Positions 23,177 to 31,616 of a stretch of DNA of 35,855 bases are shown here, in pieces. Under the pieces are notes generated by a model. It ran no database searches. It worked only from the letters and a program-made list of their open reading frames with translations, and was not told the DNA's origin. The position numbers were made by a program, and so were the translations under genes. Numbering within the stretch: position 1 is the stretch's first letter; each line of letters begins with the position of its first letter. Source of the stretch: Acidimicrobiales bacterium (GTDB lineage: Bacteria > Actinomycetota > Acidimicrobiia > Acidimicrobiales > Microtrichaceae); NCBI GenBank assembly GCA_038327485.1, contig JBBQLA010000001.1, positions 1-35,855 of the forward strand, written 5' to 3'.

Positions 23177-24709
23177 ATGGCTGACCACTACGACGTGATC
23201 GTGATCGGTAGCGGCGCGGGCGGCGGCACGCTGACCTACGCGCTCGCCGAGACAGGCAAGAAGATTCTCCTCCTCGAGCGCGGCGGTTGGTACCCGCGTG
23301 AGCGCGACAACTGGGACTCCAAGGTGGTGTGGGGCGACCTCAAGTACCGCAACGCCGGACTCTGGACCGACCAGGACGGGCGCAAGTTCAACCCGAAGCA
23401 GCACTACTACGTCGGGGGCAACACCAAGGTCTACGGTGCGGTCCTGTTCCGAATGCGCGAGCGAGACTTCGGGGTGGTGCGCCACGTCGAGGGCGATTCA
23501 CCTGCGTGGCCCCTCGGCTACGGCGACTTCGAGCCGTGGTACACGAGAGCCGAGCAGCTTTACTCGGTGCACGGTGACCGGGGCGCCGACCCGCTCGAGC
23601 CAACCGCGTCGGCCCCCTACCCGTGGCCTGCGGTGAGCCATGAGCCTCGAATCGAGCAGCTCGCCGACGACTTGAAGGGCGCCGGGCTGCACCCGTTCTC
23701 GCTCCCGCTCGGGATCCTGCTCGACGAGGCGCACCCCGAGACCAGCGCTTGCATCCGGTGCTCGACGTGCGACGGATTCGCCTGCGTCGTGAAGGCCAAG
23801 GCCGACGCGCACGTCGTGTGCGTCGAGCCGGCCCTGCGCCACCCGAACGTGTCGATGCTCACCGGAGCGCGTGTGACCCGCCTCGTCACCGGAGACGGCG
23901 GGCGGCGCGTCGACAAAGTGATCGCCGACGTCGACGGAGAACGCCTGGAGCTCACTGCCGACGTTGTCGTCGTCGCCGCCGGCGCCATCAACTCGGCGGC
24001 GCTGTTGCTGTCGTCGGCGGACGAGCACCACCCGCTGGGCCTCGGGAACTCCTCCGGCGTGGTCGGGCGCAACCTGATGATGCACAACAACAGCTCGCTC
24101 ATCGCCATCTCGAAGGACCGGCATGCAACGGTGTTCGAGAAGACGCTCGGCCTCAACGACTTCTACTACGGCGATGGCGAGTGGGAGTTCCCTCTCGGAG
24201 CAATGCAGATGCTCGGCAAGAGCGACGCCTTCACGATGTCGCTCGACGCTCCCGACGCCGAGGACCCCGCCGACCTCGCCGCTCGATCCCTCGACTTCTG
24301 GCTCACCACTGAAGACCTGCCGCGTATGGAAAACCGGGTCGAGGTCGCGGCGGATGGTGGCCTGAAGCTCTCATATACGCCGACAAACCTCGAGGCCCAT
24401 ACGCGGCTCATCGAGAAATTCAAATCGCTCCTCGACACAATAGGCTGCGAACAACGGTTACGCACCAAGCACACGTACCTCGGCGGCAGGCTCGGGATCT
24501 CCGCTGTGGCTCACCAGAACGGCACGATCCGCTTTGGCACTGACCCGTCCACGTCAGCGCTGAACACGGACTGCCGACTCCACGACGTCGACAACGTGTA
24601 CGTCACCGACGGCAGCTTCTTCGCGTCAAGCTCGGCGGTGAACCCGACCCTCACGATCATCGCCAACTCGCTCCGCGTTGCCGATCACCTCGGCCAGCGC
24701 ATGGCCTGA
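23177..24709 (+). CDS. GMC-family FAD-dependent oxidoreductase
   Basis: Track ORF 23036..24709, started here at ATG 23177 (SD GAGGAG 4 nt upstream). YDVIVIGSGAGGGTLTYALAETGKKILLLERG is the FAD ADP-binding fold. The C-terminal HQNGTIRFG and NVYVTDGSFFASSSAVNPTLTIIAN match the GMC C-terminal domain. Confidence 0.88.
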   Translation: MADHYDVIVIGSGAGGGTLTYALAETGKKILLLERGGWYPRERDNWDSKVVWGDLKYRNAGLWTDQDGRKFNPKQHYYVGGNTKVYGAVLFRMRERDFGVVRHVEGDSPAWPLGYGDFEPWYTRAEQLYSVHGDRGADPLEPTASAPYPWPAVSHEPRIEQLADDLKGAGLHPFSLPLGILLDEAHPETSACIRCSTCDGFACVVKAKADAHVVCVEPALRHPNVSMLTGARVTRLVTGDGGRRVDKVIADVDGERLELTADVVVVAAGAINSAALLLSSADEHHPLGLGNSSGVVGRNLMMHNNSSLIAISKDRHATVFEKTLGLNDFYYGDGEWEFPLGAMQMLGKSDAFTMSLDAPDAEDPADLAARSLDFWLTTEDLPRMENRVEVAADGGLKLSYTPTNLEAHTRLIEKFKSLLDTIGCEQRLRTKHTYLGGRLGISAVAHQNGTIRFGTDPSTSALNTDCRLHDVDNVYVTDGSFFASSSAVNPTLTIIANSLRVADHLGQRMA

Positions 24710-24736
24710 TGGCCACCAACTAACGTCAGAGCCCGA

Positions 24737-25402
24737 GTGGAGAGCGACGGCGTCGGCACGGTGGATCTCGGCGAAGACGCCGCTCTCGTTGTCGCGCTCC
24801 GAATGGGCGACGAGAAGGCGTTCGCCGAGCTGCTCGACTGCCACTACGACACGATGCTGCGCGTCGCCCGGATGTATGTCGCCACCGTGGAGGCCGCCGA
24901 GGACGTGGTGCAGGAGACGTTCCTTGGTGTGATCCGGGGAATCGACCGCTTCGAGGAGCGGTCGTCGATCAAGACGTGGATGTTCCGCATCCTTGTCAAC
25001 CGGGCGAAGACGAGGGGCGAGCGGGAGGGGCGGACTCGGCCGTTCTCGTCGCTGCAGCCGGAGCTGGAGGCGGGCAGACCGTCGGTCGACCCAGGCCGTT
25101 TCATCGCTGACGGCCGTTGGGCCGGCTTTTGGGGAACACCTCCTTCCACCGAGCACCTTCCTGAGGCCCGGTTGCTGGCCGCGGAAGTGGGAGGCCGGAT
25201 CGTCGCGGCGATCGACGAGCTTCCGCCCTCGCAGCGAGCGGTGATTACCCTGCGCGACGTGCATGGCCTGTCGGCCACTGATGTTTGCGACCTTTTGGAC
25301 CTGAGCGAGGCGAACCAACGGGTGCTGCTGCACCGGGCCCGCTCGAAGGCGCGGGCGACCTTGGAGCGCTACCTTGACGAGGGCGTGGAGGCTGGTTCGT
25401 GA
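24737..25402 (+). CDS. ECF (group 4) RNA polymerase sigma factor
   Basis: Track ORF. Region 2 is AEDVVQETFLGVIRGIDRFEERSSIKTWMFRILVNRAKT. Region 4 is LPPSQRAVITLRDVHGLSATDVCDLLDLSEANQRVLLHRARSKAR. Confidence 0.9.
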   Translation: MESDGVGTVDLGEDAALVVALRMGDEKAFAELLDCHYDTMLRVARMYVATVEAAEDVVQETFLGVIRGIDRFEERSSIKTWMFRILVNRAKTRGEREGRTRPFSSLQPELEAGRPSVDPGRFIADGRWAGFWGTPPSTEHLPEARLLAAEVGGRIVAAIDELPPSQRAVITLRDVHGLSATDVCDLLDLSEANQRVLLHRARSKARATLERYLDEGVEAGS

Positions 25403-25641
25403 TGGTCCAGCCCGAGTTCCGATGCGTCGAGTTCGTCGAGATGGCAACTGACTGGATGGAGCTCGCGCTCGACGACCACGACCGCGTCTCGCTTGAGGAG
25501 CACGTCGCTATCTGCCCCCACTGCAGCGAGTACGTCGAGCAGCTGCGCCTCACTATCGGCGTACTGCGCGAGGTGCGGCACGAGGCACCGCCTCCGGCGG
25601 CCCGGGCTGCGCTGCTCGAAGCCTTCCGCCAGTCGCGCTGA
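25399..25641 (+). CDS. Zinc-binding (zf-HC2, RsrA-like) anti-sigma factor, cognate partner of the ECF sigma
   Basis: Track ORF with a GTGA overlap with the sigma stop at 25399-25402. It has Cys9 plus the HVAICPHC H-x3-C-x2-C motif, is 80 aa and has no TM segment. Confidence 0.85.
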   Translation: MMVQPEFRCVEFVEMATDWMELALDDHDRVSLEEHVAICPHCSEYVEQLRLTIGVLREVRHEAPPPAARAALLEAFRQSR

Positions 25642-25668
25642 GCTGACCTTCTCGGCTCAGGTCAGCTC
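25640..25668. terminator. Bidirectional hairpin spanning both convergent stop codons
   Basis: GAGCTGACC (25640-25648) pairs perfectly with GGTCAGCTC (25660-25668) across an 11-nt loop. Confidence 0.45.
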
Positions 25669-26280
25669 AAGGCGCACAGTGAGCCAACGCGATTGGAAGG
25701 CCCGCTCGGCCGCGTAGCCCTCGTCGTATGCATCGCGGTCGCCGGCGGGACCGGCGACGACGTGACCCGCGGAGCAGCAGGCGACGAACGGCGACTCGGC
25801 CGGGTTGCCGTACAGGGCGTCGTGCGCGGCATCCACCGCGAGGGCCGCCGCGGTCAGGGCAAACGACGCGTCGCTGACGTCACTGTCGAGGGCGACCAGT
25901 GCGTCGAGCGTCGTTGCGGCCGATAGCCGGTCGCCGAGGGCGCGGTCGCCGTCGTTGTGCAGCGCGGCGACGGCGCGGTCGCGGCTGCGCCATGCACCGA
26001 CCTCAGCGAGATCACGCACGACGGTGCCGTAAGCGTCGATGCGGCGCACGAGTCGCCCTCGCGACGCCGCGACTTTGTGGTGGGACCGGACGATCTCACC
26101 CCCGAGCTCGACCTCCCACAACGATGCTGCGAGCCAGTACGCGACGTCGGGGGGCTCGCAAGCGTGCACACCCGTTTCGCAGATCGCGACCGACCCTGAT
26201 TCCACCCACTCACCAACCGTCCACGGCACTGCTGTGAAGGGCGATCGGCCGTGGGGGTCGAGGAACTTGTATGCCCGCAC
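25657..26280 (-). CDS. Conserved hypothetical protein (207 aa)
   Basis: Track ORF with good GC3. From memory, the N-terminus MRAYKFLDPHGRSPFTAVPWTVGEWVE..GVHAC..LWEVELGGEI recalls an uncharacterised actinobacterial family. No function assignable. Confidence 0.65.
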   Translation of the reverse strand: MRAYKFLDPHGRSPFTAVPWTVGEWVESGSVAICETGVHACEPPDVAYWLAASLWEVELGGEIVRSHHKVAASRGRLVRRIDAYGTVVRDLAEVGAWRSRDRAVAALHNDGDRALGDRLSAATTLDALVALDSDVSDASFALTAAALAVDAAHDALYGNPAESPFVACCSAGHVVAGPAGDRDAYDEGYAAERAFQSRWLTVRLELT

Positions 26281-26315
26281 GTGTAACAGGTTGGCACGAG
26301 CGGAGACTGCGGCGC

Positions 26316-28892
26316 ATGGGAAACGCAGAAGAACTCCGGCTGGCCGAGCCGCCGCAGAAGTGGCGTATGTGGGGCCCGTATCTCGCAGAACGGGCGTGGG
26401 GAACCGTCCGAGAGGACTACAGCGCTGCAGGGACGGCCTGGGAAGAGCTCTCGCACGACGACGCGCGCTCCCGAGCGTACCGATGGAACGAGGACGGCCT
26501 CGGCGGGCTCTCCGACGAGCCCCAGCGCCTTTGCTTCGCGTGGGCGTTCTGGAACGGAAAGGACCCGATCCTGAAGGAGCGGATCTTTGGTCTCACCGGC
26601 AACGAGGGGAACCATGGCGAGGACGCGAAGGAGCACTGGTGGTTCCTGGACGCGACGCCGACCCACTCCCACCTGAGCTGGCGCTACTGGTACCCCCAGC
26701 GCGAGTTTCCCTACGCCGACCTCGTCGCCGAGAACCGTCGGCGCGGCCGTGACGTACCAGAGTACGAGTTGCTCGACACGGGCATCTTCGACGAAGACCG
26801 CTACTGGGACATCAGCGTCGACTACGCCAAGGCCGACCCGAGCGACACCTGCATCACGTTGACGGTGCGCAACGCGGGCCCGGAGGAGGAAACACTGCAC
26901 GTCCTTCCGACGCTGTGGTTCCGCAACACCTGGGCGTGGGGCGTCGACGACCGCAAGCCGCGCATCGTCGCGAAGGAGGGCGCCCTCGTCGCCGAGCACC
27001 ACAGCCTCGGGAGCATGACCCTCGTCGGCGACGAAGGCGGCACACCGCTGTTCTGTGAGAACGAATCGAACACTGGGCGACTCTTCGGCACGCCCGGATC
27101 GACCCCGTTTCCGAAGGACGGCATCAACGATCACGTGACTGCCGGTGCCGACACCGTCAACGGCGACAGTGTCGGCACCAAGGCAAGCCTCTGGTACCAG
27201 TTCACTCTCCCGGCCGGGGCAACGGCTGAGCTGCGGCTCCGGCTGGCGCCGGCCGGCGGAGACGTCTCGAGGACCCACGCCATCACGATGAAGGCCCGCC
27301 GGCGCGAGGCCGACGAGTTCTACGCGAGAAAGTTGGGGCACCTCGACCCCGAAGCGCAGGCCATCGCCCGCCAGGCGTTCGCCGGGATGGTCTGGACCAA
27401 GCAGTTCTTCCACTACGACGTCGCCCGCTGGCTCGACGGCGACCCGACCGGTCCGACACCGCCCGACGGCCACCGCTTCGGCCGCAACCACGAGTGGCGC
27501 CACCTCAACAGCCACGATGTCATCAGCGTGTGCGACACGTGGGAGTACCCCTGGTTCGCCACATGGGACCTCGCGTTCCAATGCGTGGCATTCGCGCACG
27601 TGGACCCGCAATTCGCGAAGGACCAGCTGCTCCTGATGTGCCGCGAGTGGTTCATGCATCCCAATGGCCAGCTCCCGGCCTACGAGTGGGCCTTCGGCGA
27701 CGTCAACCCGCCGGTGCACGCATGGGCGGCGTTACGCGTGTTTGAGATCGATGGCTCGACCGACCTCGGTTTCCTCGCCCGCATCTTCCAAAAGCTGCTC
27801 CTCAACTTCACCTGGTGGGTGAACCGCAAGGACGAGGACGGCGACAACGTCTTCCAGGGCGGCTTCCTCGGCATGGACAACATCGGCCCGATCGACCGGA
27901 GCGCCCCTTTGCCGGTTCCGGGTCGGTTGGAGCAGAGCGACGCGACCGGCTGGATGGCGATGTTCTGCCTCAACATGCTCGAGATCTCCCTCGTCCTCGC
28001 CGAGCGTCACTCGCTCGAATACGAGGACATGTGCACGAAGTTCCTCGAACACTTCGCGTACATCGCCACCGCGATCCACGACCGAGGCCTCTGGGACGAG
28101 GAGGACGGCTTCTACTACGACGTGCTACGGCTCGAGGATGAGTCAATCCCGCTCCGGGTGCGGTCGATGGTCGGCCTGCTGCCGCTGTGCGCCGCGACCA
28201 CCCTCGGCGAGCGCACCCTCGACGCGCTCCCCGACTTCGCGGCCCACCTGCGCTGGTTCGTGGAGAACAAACCCGAGTTCGCGCAACACATTGATCAGCA
28301 CCACGTCCGCGACGGTGCCGACGGGCGGCTGCTCGCCATCGTGGGTCCCGACCGTTTGGAGCGGATCCTCGCCCGGTTGCTGTCGGAGGACGAGCTGCTG
28401 TCGCCCCACGGCATCAGGTCGGTGTCGGCCATGCACCGCGAACACCCGTTTGTTCTGCACCTCGACGGCGCCGATATGAGCGTCGACTACGCGCCCGCTG
28501 AGGGCACGACTGGTCTGTTTGGCGGCAACTCGAACTGGCGAGGTCCCGTGTGGTTCCCCGTGAACGCCCTCGTGGTCGAGTCTCTGCGCGCGTACGGGCG
28601 GTTTTTCGGCGATGACCTGCTCGTCGAACACCCCTCCGGGTCCGGCAATCTCCTCTCGCTCGATGCAATCGCCGACGATCTGGCGAGCCGCCTCATCGGG
28701 ACGTTCCGCGAGGGTCCCGACGGGCGCCGTCCGGTCCACGGTGGGTACGAGAAGTTCCACGACGACCCCGAGTGGCACGCCTGCATCCCGTTCCACGAGT
28801 ACTTCCACGGCGATACCGGAGCCGGTCTCGGTGCATCGCACCAGACGGGCTGGACCGGCCTCGTCCTCGACTTTCTCCTCCGGAGGGGCTGA
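26316..28892 (+). CDS. GH63-like / MGH1-like glycoside hydrolase (large glucosidase type)
   Basis: Track ORF 26271..28892, started here at ATG 26316. WGPYLAERAWGTVREDYS..AYRWNEDGL..FWNGKDPILKERIFGLTGNEGNHGEDAKE is the typical N-terminus of the roughly 880-aa actinobacterial glucosidase family. The C-terminal (alpha/alpha)6 part has WEYPWFATWDLAF and FHEYFHGDTGAGLGASHQTGWTG. Confidence 0.82.
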   Translation: MGNAEELRLAEPPQKWRMWGPYLAERAWGTVREDYSAAGTAWEELSHDDARSRAYRWNEDGLGGLSDEPQRLCFAWAFWNGKDPILKERIFGLTGNEGNHGEDAKEHWWFLDATPTHSHLSWRYWYPQREFPYADLVAENRRRGRDVPEYELLDTGIFDEDRYWDISVDYAKADPSDTCITLTVRNAGPEEETLHVLPTLWFRNTWAWGVDDRKPRIVAKEGALVAEHHSLGSMTLVGDEGGTPLFCENESNTGRLFGTPGSTPFPKDGINDHVTAGADTVNGDSVGTKASLWYQFTLPAGATAELRLRLAPAGGDVSRTHAITMKARRREADEFYARKLGHLDPEAQAIARQAFAGMVWTKQFFHYDVARWLDGDPTGPTPPDGHRFGRNHEWRHLNSHDVISVCDTWEYPWFATWDLAFQCVAFAHVDPQFAKDQLLLMCREWFMHPNGQLPAYEWAFGDVNPPVHAWAALRVFEIDGSTDLGFLARIFQKLLLNFTWWVNRKDEDGDNVFQGGFLGMDNIGPIDRSAPLPVPGRLEQSDATGWMAMFCLNMLEISLVLAERHSLEYEDMCTKFLEHFAYIATAIHDRGLWDEEDGFYYDVLRLEDESIPLRVRSMVGLLPLCAATTLGERTLDALPDFAAHLRWFVENKPEFAQHIDQHHVRDGADGRLLAIVGPDRLERILARLLSEDELLSPHGIRSVSAMHREHPFVLHLDGADMSVDYAPAEGTTGLFGGNSNWRGPVWFPVNALVVESLRAYGRFFGDDLLVEHPSGSGNLLSLDAIADDLASRLIGTFREGPDGRRPVHGGYEKFHDDPEWHACIPFHEYFHGDTGAGLGASHQTGWTGLVLDFLLRRG

Positions 28893-28894
28893 TC

Positions 28895-30295
28895 ATGAGC
28901 GACCTGGACACACACGACTTCGACGTCATCGTGGTCGGCGCCGGACCTGCGGGGGAGAACGCGGCCGGACGCTGCGCCGAGGGCGGCCTGTCGGTCGCCA
29001 TCGTTGAGCGCGAGCTCGTCGGCGGTGAGTGCTCGTACTGGGGCTGCATCCCGTCGAAGGTCCTGCTGCGACCGGGCGACGTCCTCGCCGCAGCGCGACG
29101 GGTGCCGGGCGCCGCGCCGGCGGTGACCGGTGAGGTCGACGCTGAGGCGACGTTCGCCATACGCGACCGGTTCACGAGCGACTGGGACGACACCGGGTCG
29201 CTGCCCTGGCTGACCGACCGCGGCATCGAGGTGATCCGCGGCGCGGGTCGTCTGACCGGCGAACGTACGATCGACGTCACGGGCCCGACGGGCGACCTAC
29301 GCCGCCTGACCGCGGCGCGTGCAGTGGTGCTGGCGACCGGCACCAGCGCAGCCGTCCCCCCCGTCCCAGGCCTCGCCGACGCGAGCCCTTGGACGAACCG
29401 GGAGATCACCTCGGCCAAGGCGGTCCCTCGCCGACTGCTCGTGCTCGGCGGCGGCCCCATCGGCCTCGAGATGGCCCAGGCGTTCAAGCGCCTCGGCTCG
29501 GACGTCAGCCTCATCGAGGCTGCGCCGAGCCTCCTCGCTCGAGAAGAGCCCTTCGCCGGCGCCGAGGTGCAAGCTGCCCTACGAGCCGAGGGCATCGACA
29601 TACACACCGCAGTGGGCCTGTCCGAGGTGCGACGCGACGGTGACGGGCCGATCACAGCGATCCTCGCCGACGGTACGTCGCTCGTCGGCGACGAGATCCT
29701 GGTGGCCACGGGGCGCCGACCGTCGACGGGCGACCTCGGCCTCGAGGTGGTCGGCCTCGAAGCCGGCAAGTTCATACCGGTCGACGATTGCTTGCGAGCT
29801 CTCGGAGTCCCCGGAGCATGGCTGTATGCGGTCGGAGACTGCAACGGGCGCTCGCTACTGACTCATATGGGCAAGTACCAGGCGCGCATCGCTGCGGACG
29901 TCATCCTCGGTAAGGACGCTGCCGCTGTCGCCGACCACGCGTGCGTGCCGAGGGTGACCTTCACCGACCCGCAGGTCGCCGCGGTCGGGCTGACTGAGGC
30001 CCAGGCCCGGGCGTCGCGGCTGAATGTGCGGGTCGTTCGTCACGGCACGGGCGATGTCGCCGGCGCGAGCGTGCTGGGGAAGGGCATCAGTGGCACGAGC
30101 CAGCTCGTCATCGACGAGGACCGGCGGGTGATCGTCGGCGCCACGTTCGTCGGGCCCGGCGTGCAGGAGCTTCTCCACTCGGCCACGGTCGCCGTCGCGG
30201 GCGAGGTGACCGTCGACCGGCTGTGGCACGCGGTGCCTTCCTTCCCCACGGTCAGCGAGGTGTGGCTCCGGCTCCTCGAGGCCTACGGGTTGTGA
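28895..30295 (+). CDS. Class I pyridine nucleotide-disulfide oxidoreductase (flavoprotein disulfide reductase, Lpd/Mtr/MerA-like)
   Basis: Track ORF 28772..30295, started here at ATG 28895, 2 nt after the GH63 stop. It has the FAD fold DVIVVGAGPAGENAA, the redox-active disulfide GGECSYWGCIPSK, the NAD fold LVLGGGPIGLEMA, and the C-terminal His-Glu dyad region HAVPSFPTVSE. Confidence 0.88.
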   Translation: MSDLDTHDFDVIVVGAGPAGENAAGRCAEGGLSVAIVERELVGGECSYWGCIPSKVLLRPGDVLAAARRVPGAAPAVTGEVDAEATFAIRDRFTSDWDDTGSLPWLTDRGIEVIRGAGRLTGERTIDVTGPTGDLRRLTAARAVVLATGTSAAVPPVPGLADASPWTNREITSAKAVPRRLLVLGGGPIGLEMAQAFKRLGSDVSLIEAAPSLLAREEPFAGAEVQAALRAEGIDIHTAVGLSEVRRDGDGPITAILADGTSLVGDEILVATGRRPSTGDLGLEVVGLEAGKFIPVDDCLRALGVPGAWLYAVGDCNGRSLLTHMGKYQARIAADVILGKDAAAVADHACVPRVTFTDPQVAAVGLTEAQARASRLNVRVVRHGTGDVAGASVLGKGISGTSQLVIDEDRRVIVGATFVGPGVQELLHSATVAVAGEVTVDRLWHAVPSFPTVSEVWLRLLEAYGL

Positions 30296-31494
30296 GCAAG
30301 GACCTCGGCTTCAACGGACTGCTGCTCATCAGCCTCATCGCGGTCGGCGCGCCGCTGGTCGCCCGCCTGATCCCGAAGGTGAAGGTCCCGAGCGTGGTAC
30401 TCGAGATCGTCGCCGGGATCATCGTCGGGCCGTCTGTGCTCGGCTGGGTCCACGTCGATACCCCGATCGAGGTGCTCTCCCTCGTTGGGCTCGCGTTCTT
30501 GCTGTTCCTCGCCGGGATCGAGATCGACTTGATGGCCTTGAAGGGAGAGGCACTTCGCGTCACCGTGCTTGGCTTCGGCGCGACCCTCGCCATCGGGTTC
30601 GGGTTCGGCATCGCATTCCACGCTGCGAACTGGGTTCGCAACCCGTTCTTCGTCGCCATCGCTCTGGCGGCGACGTCTCTTGGGCTGGTCGTACCCGTAC
30701 TAAAGGACGCGGGCGCGGCAGATCGCCCCGTCGGTCGCCTCACGATCGCCGGTGCGACCGTCGCCGACTTCGGCGCAGTCATCCTCCTCTCCCTCTTCTT
30801 CTCCGAGTCCGAGGGCGGCACCGCCAGCAAGCTCGCGACGCTCGCGTTCTTCGTCGTCGTCATCGCGATCGTCGGGATCGTGTTGGCCAAGGCCGGGCGC
30901 AGCGCGCGACTCGACCGGGTCCTCGTGAGCCTGCAGGACACGACCGCAGAGATACGCGTGCGTATCGCCGTGGCACTGTTGATCGGGTTCGTTGCACTTG
31001 CCGCGAAGACCGGCCTCGAAACGATTCTCGGGGCGTTCATCGCCGGCGCGCTCCTCGGCACCATCGACCGCGACACCATGACGCACCCCCAATTCCGGGT
31101 GAAGCTCGACGCTGTCGGCTACGGGTTCCTCATTCCGGTCTTCTTCGTGACGAGCGGTGTGCGCTTCGACCTCAGAGCCCTCACCGACCACCCCTCCGCG
31201 CTGGCGCGAGTACCGGTGTTCCTGGTCGCGCTCCTCCTGGCGCGCGGCCTGCCCGCGATGCTGCTCTACCGCCGCTCGCTCGGCTCCGCTACACCGGTGG
31301 CCGCGTTACTCCAGGCGACGTCCCTTCCCTTCATTGTCACCGCGACCCAGATCGGCGTCGCCATCGACGCCATCGAGCCAGTGACCGCGGCCGCGCTCGT
31401 CTCGGCCGGACTCTTGTCCGTCGTGCTCTTCCCCCCCACCGCGCTCGCACGCCTTCGCCAGCTGCAGGCCCCGGAACTGTTGCCGGATACGTGA
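30292..31494 (+). CDS. Cation:proton antiporter (CPA2 / Kef-type membrane domain, no RCK domain)
   Basis: Track ORF 30223..31494, started here at GTG 30292, which overlaps the reductase stop as GTGA. About 12 hydrophobic helices. VVLEIVAGIIVGPSVLG and LLFLAGIEIDL are typical Na/H-exchanger family motifs. Confidence 0.88.
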   Translation: MSKDLGFNGLLLISLIAVGAPLVARLIPKVKVPSVVLEIVAGIIVGPSVLGWVHVDTPIEVLSLVGLAFLLFLAGIEIDLMALKGEALRVTVLGFGATLAIGFGFGIAFHAANWVRNPFFVAIALAATSLGLVVPVLKDAGAADRPVGRLTIAGATVADFGAVILLSLFFSESEGGTASKLATLAFFVVVIAIVGIVLAKAGRSARLDRVLVSLQDTTAEIRVRIAVALLIGFVALAAKTGLETILGAFIAGALLGTIDRDTMTHPQFRVKLDAVGYGFLIPVFFVTSGVRFDLRALTDHPSALARVPVFLVALLLARGLPAMLLYRRSLGSATPVAALLQATSLPFIVTATQIGVAIDAIEPVTAAALVSAGLLSVVLFPPTALARLRQLQAPELLPDT

Positions 31495-31616
31495 TTCACC
31501 GATCGCCGATCGCGCCTGCTTATCCGACTGCCGGACGGCGTCCTCGTCGCGATCCGGCTCCTTGACCCGAGTGCTGTTGACGGTATCTAAAAATGGGTGA
31601 GGTCTTCGGTGAGTGG

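Noticed and set aside
25854-27719. 621-aa minus-strand ORF
   Set aside because: It is antisense to the GH63-like glucosidase and overlaps the 5' part of the 25657..26280 gene in a different frame. The product is low-complexity (Val/Arg/Ala/Pro-rich) with no recognisable domain.
28693-31079. Long minus-strand ORFs 28693..29844 and 30252..31079
   Set aside because: They are antisense shadows of the disulfide reductase and antiporter genes, with Ser/Arg/Pro/Thr-rich products.
31495-31616. AT-rich patch TATCTAAAAATGGG with TTGACC/TTGACG boxes between the convergent antiporter and permease genes, considered as a promoter or terminator
   Set aside because: The spacing between the -35-like and -10-like elements does not fit (5, 16 or 20 nt, with poor -10 hexamers). 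No stable hairpin precedes the T-run on either strand, and there is no downstream gene to drive.
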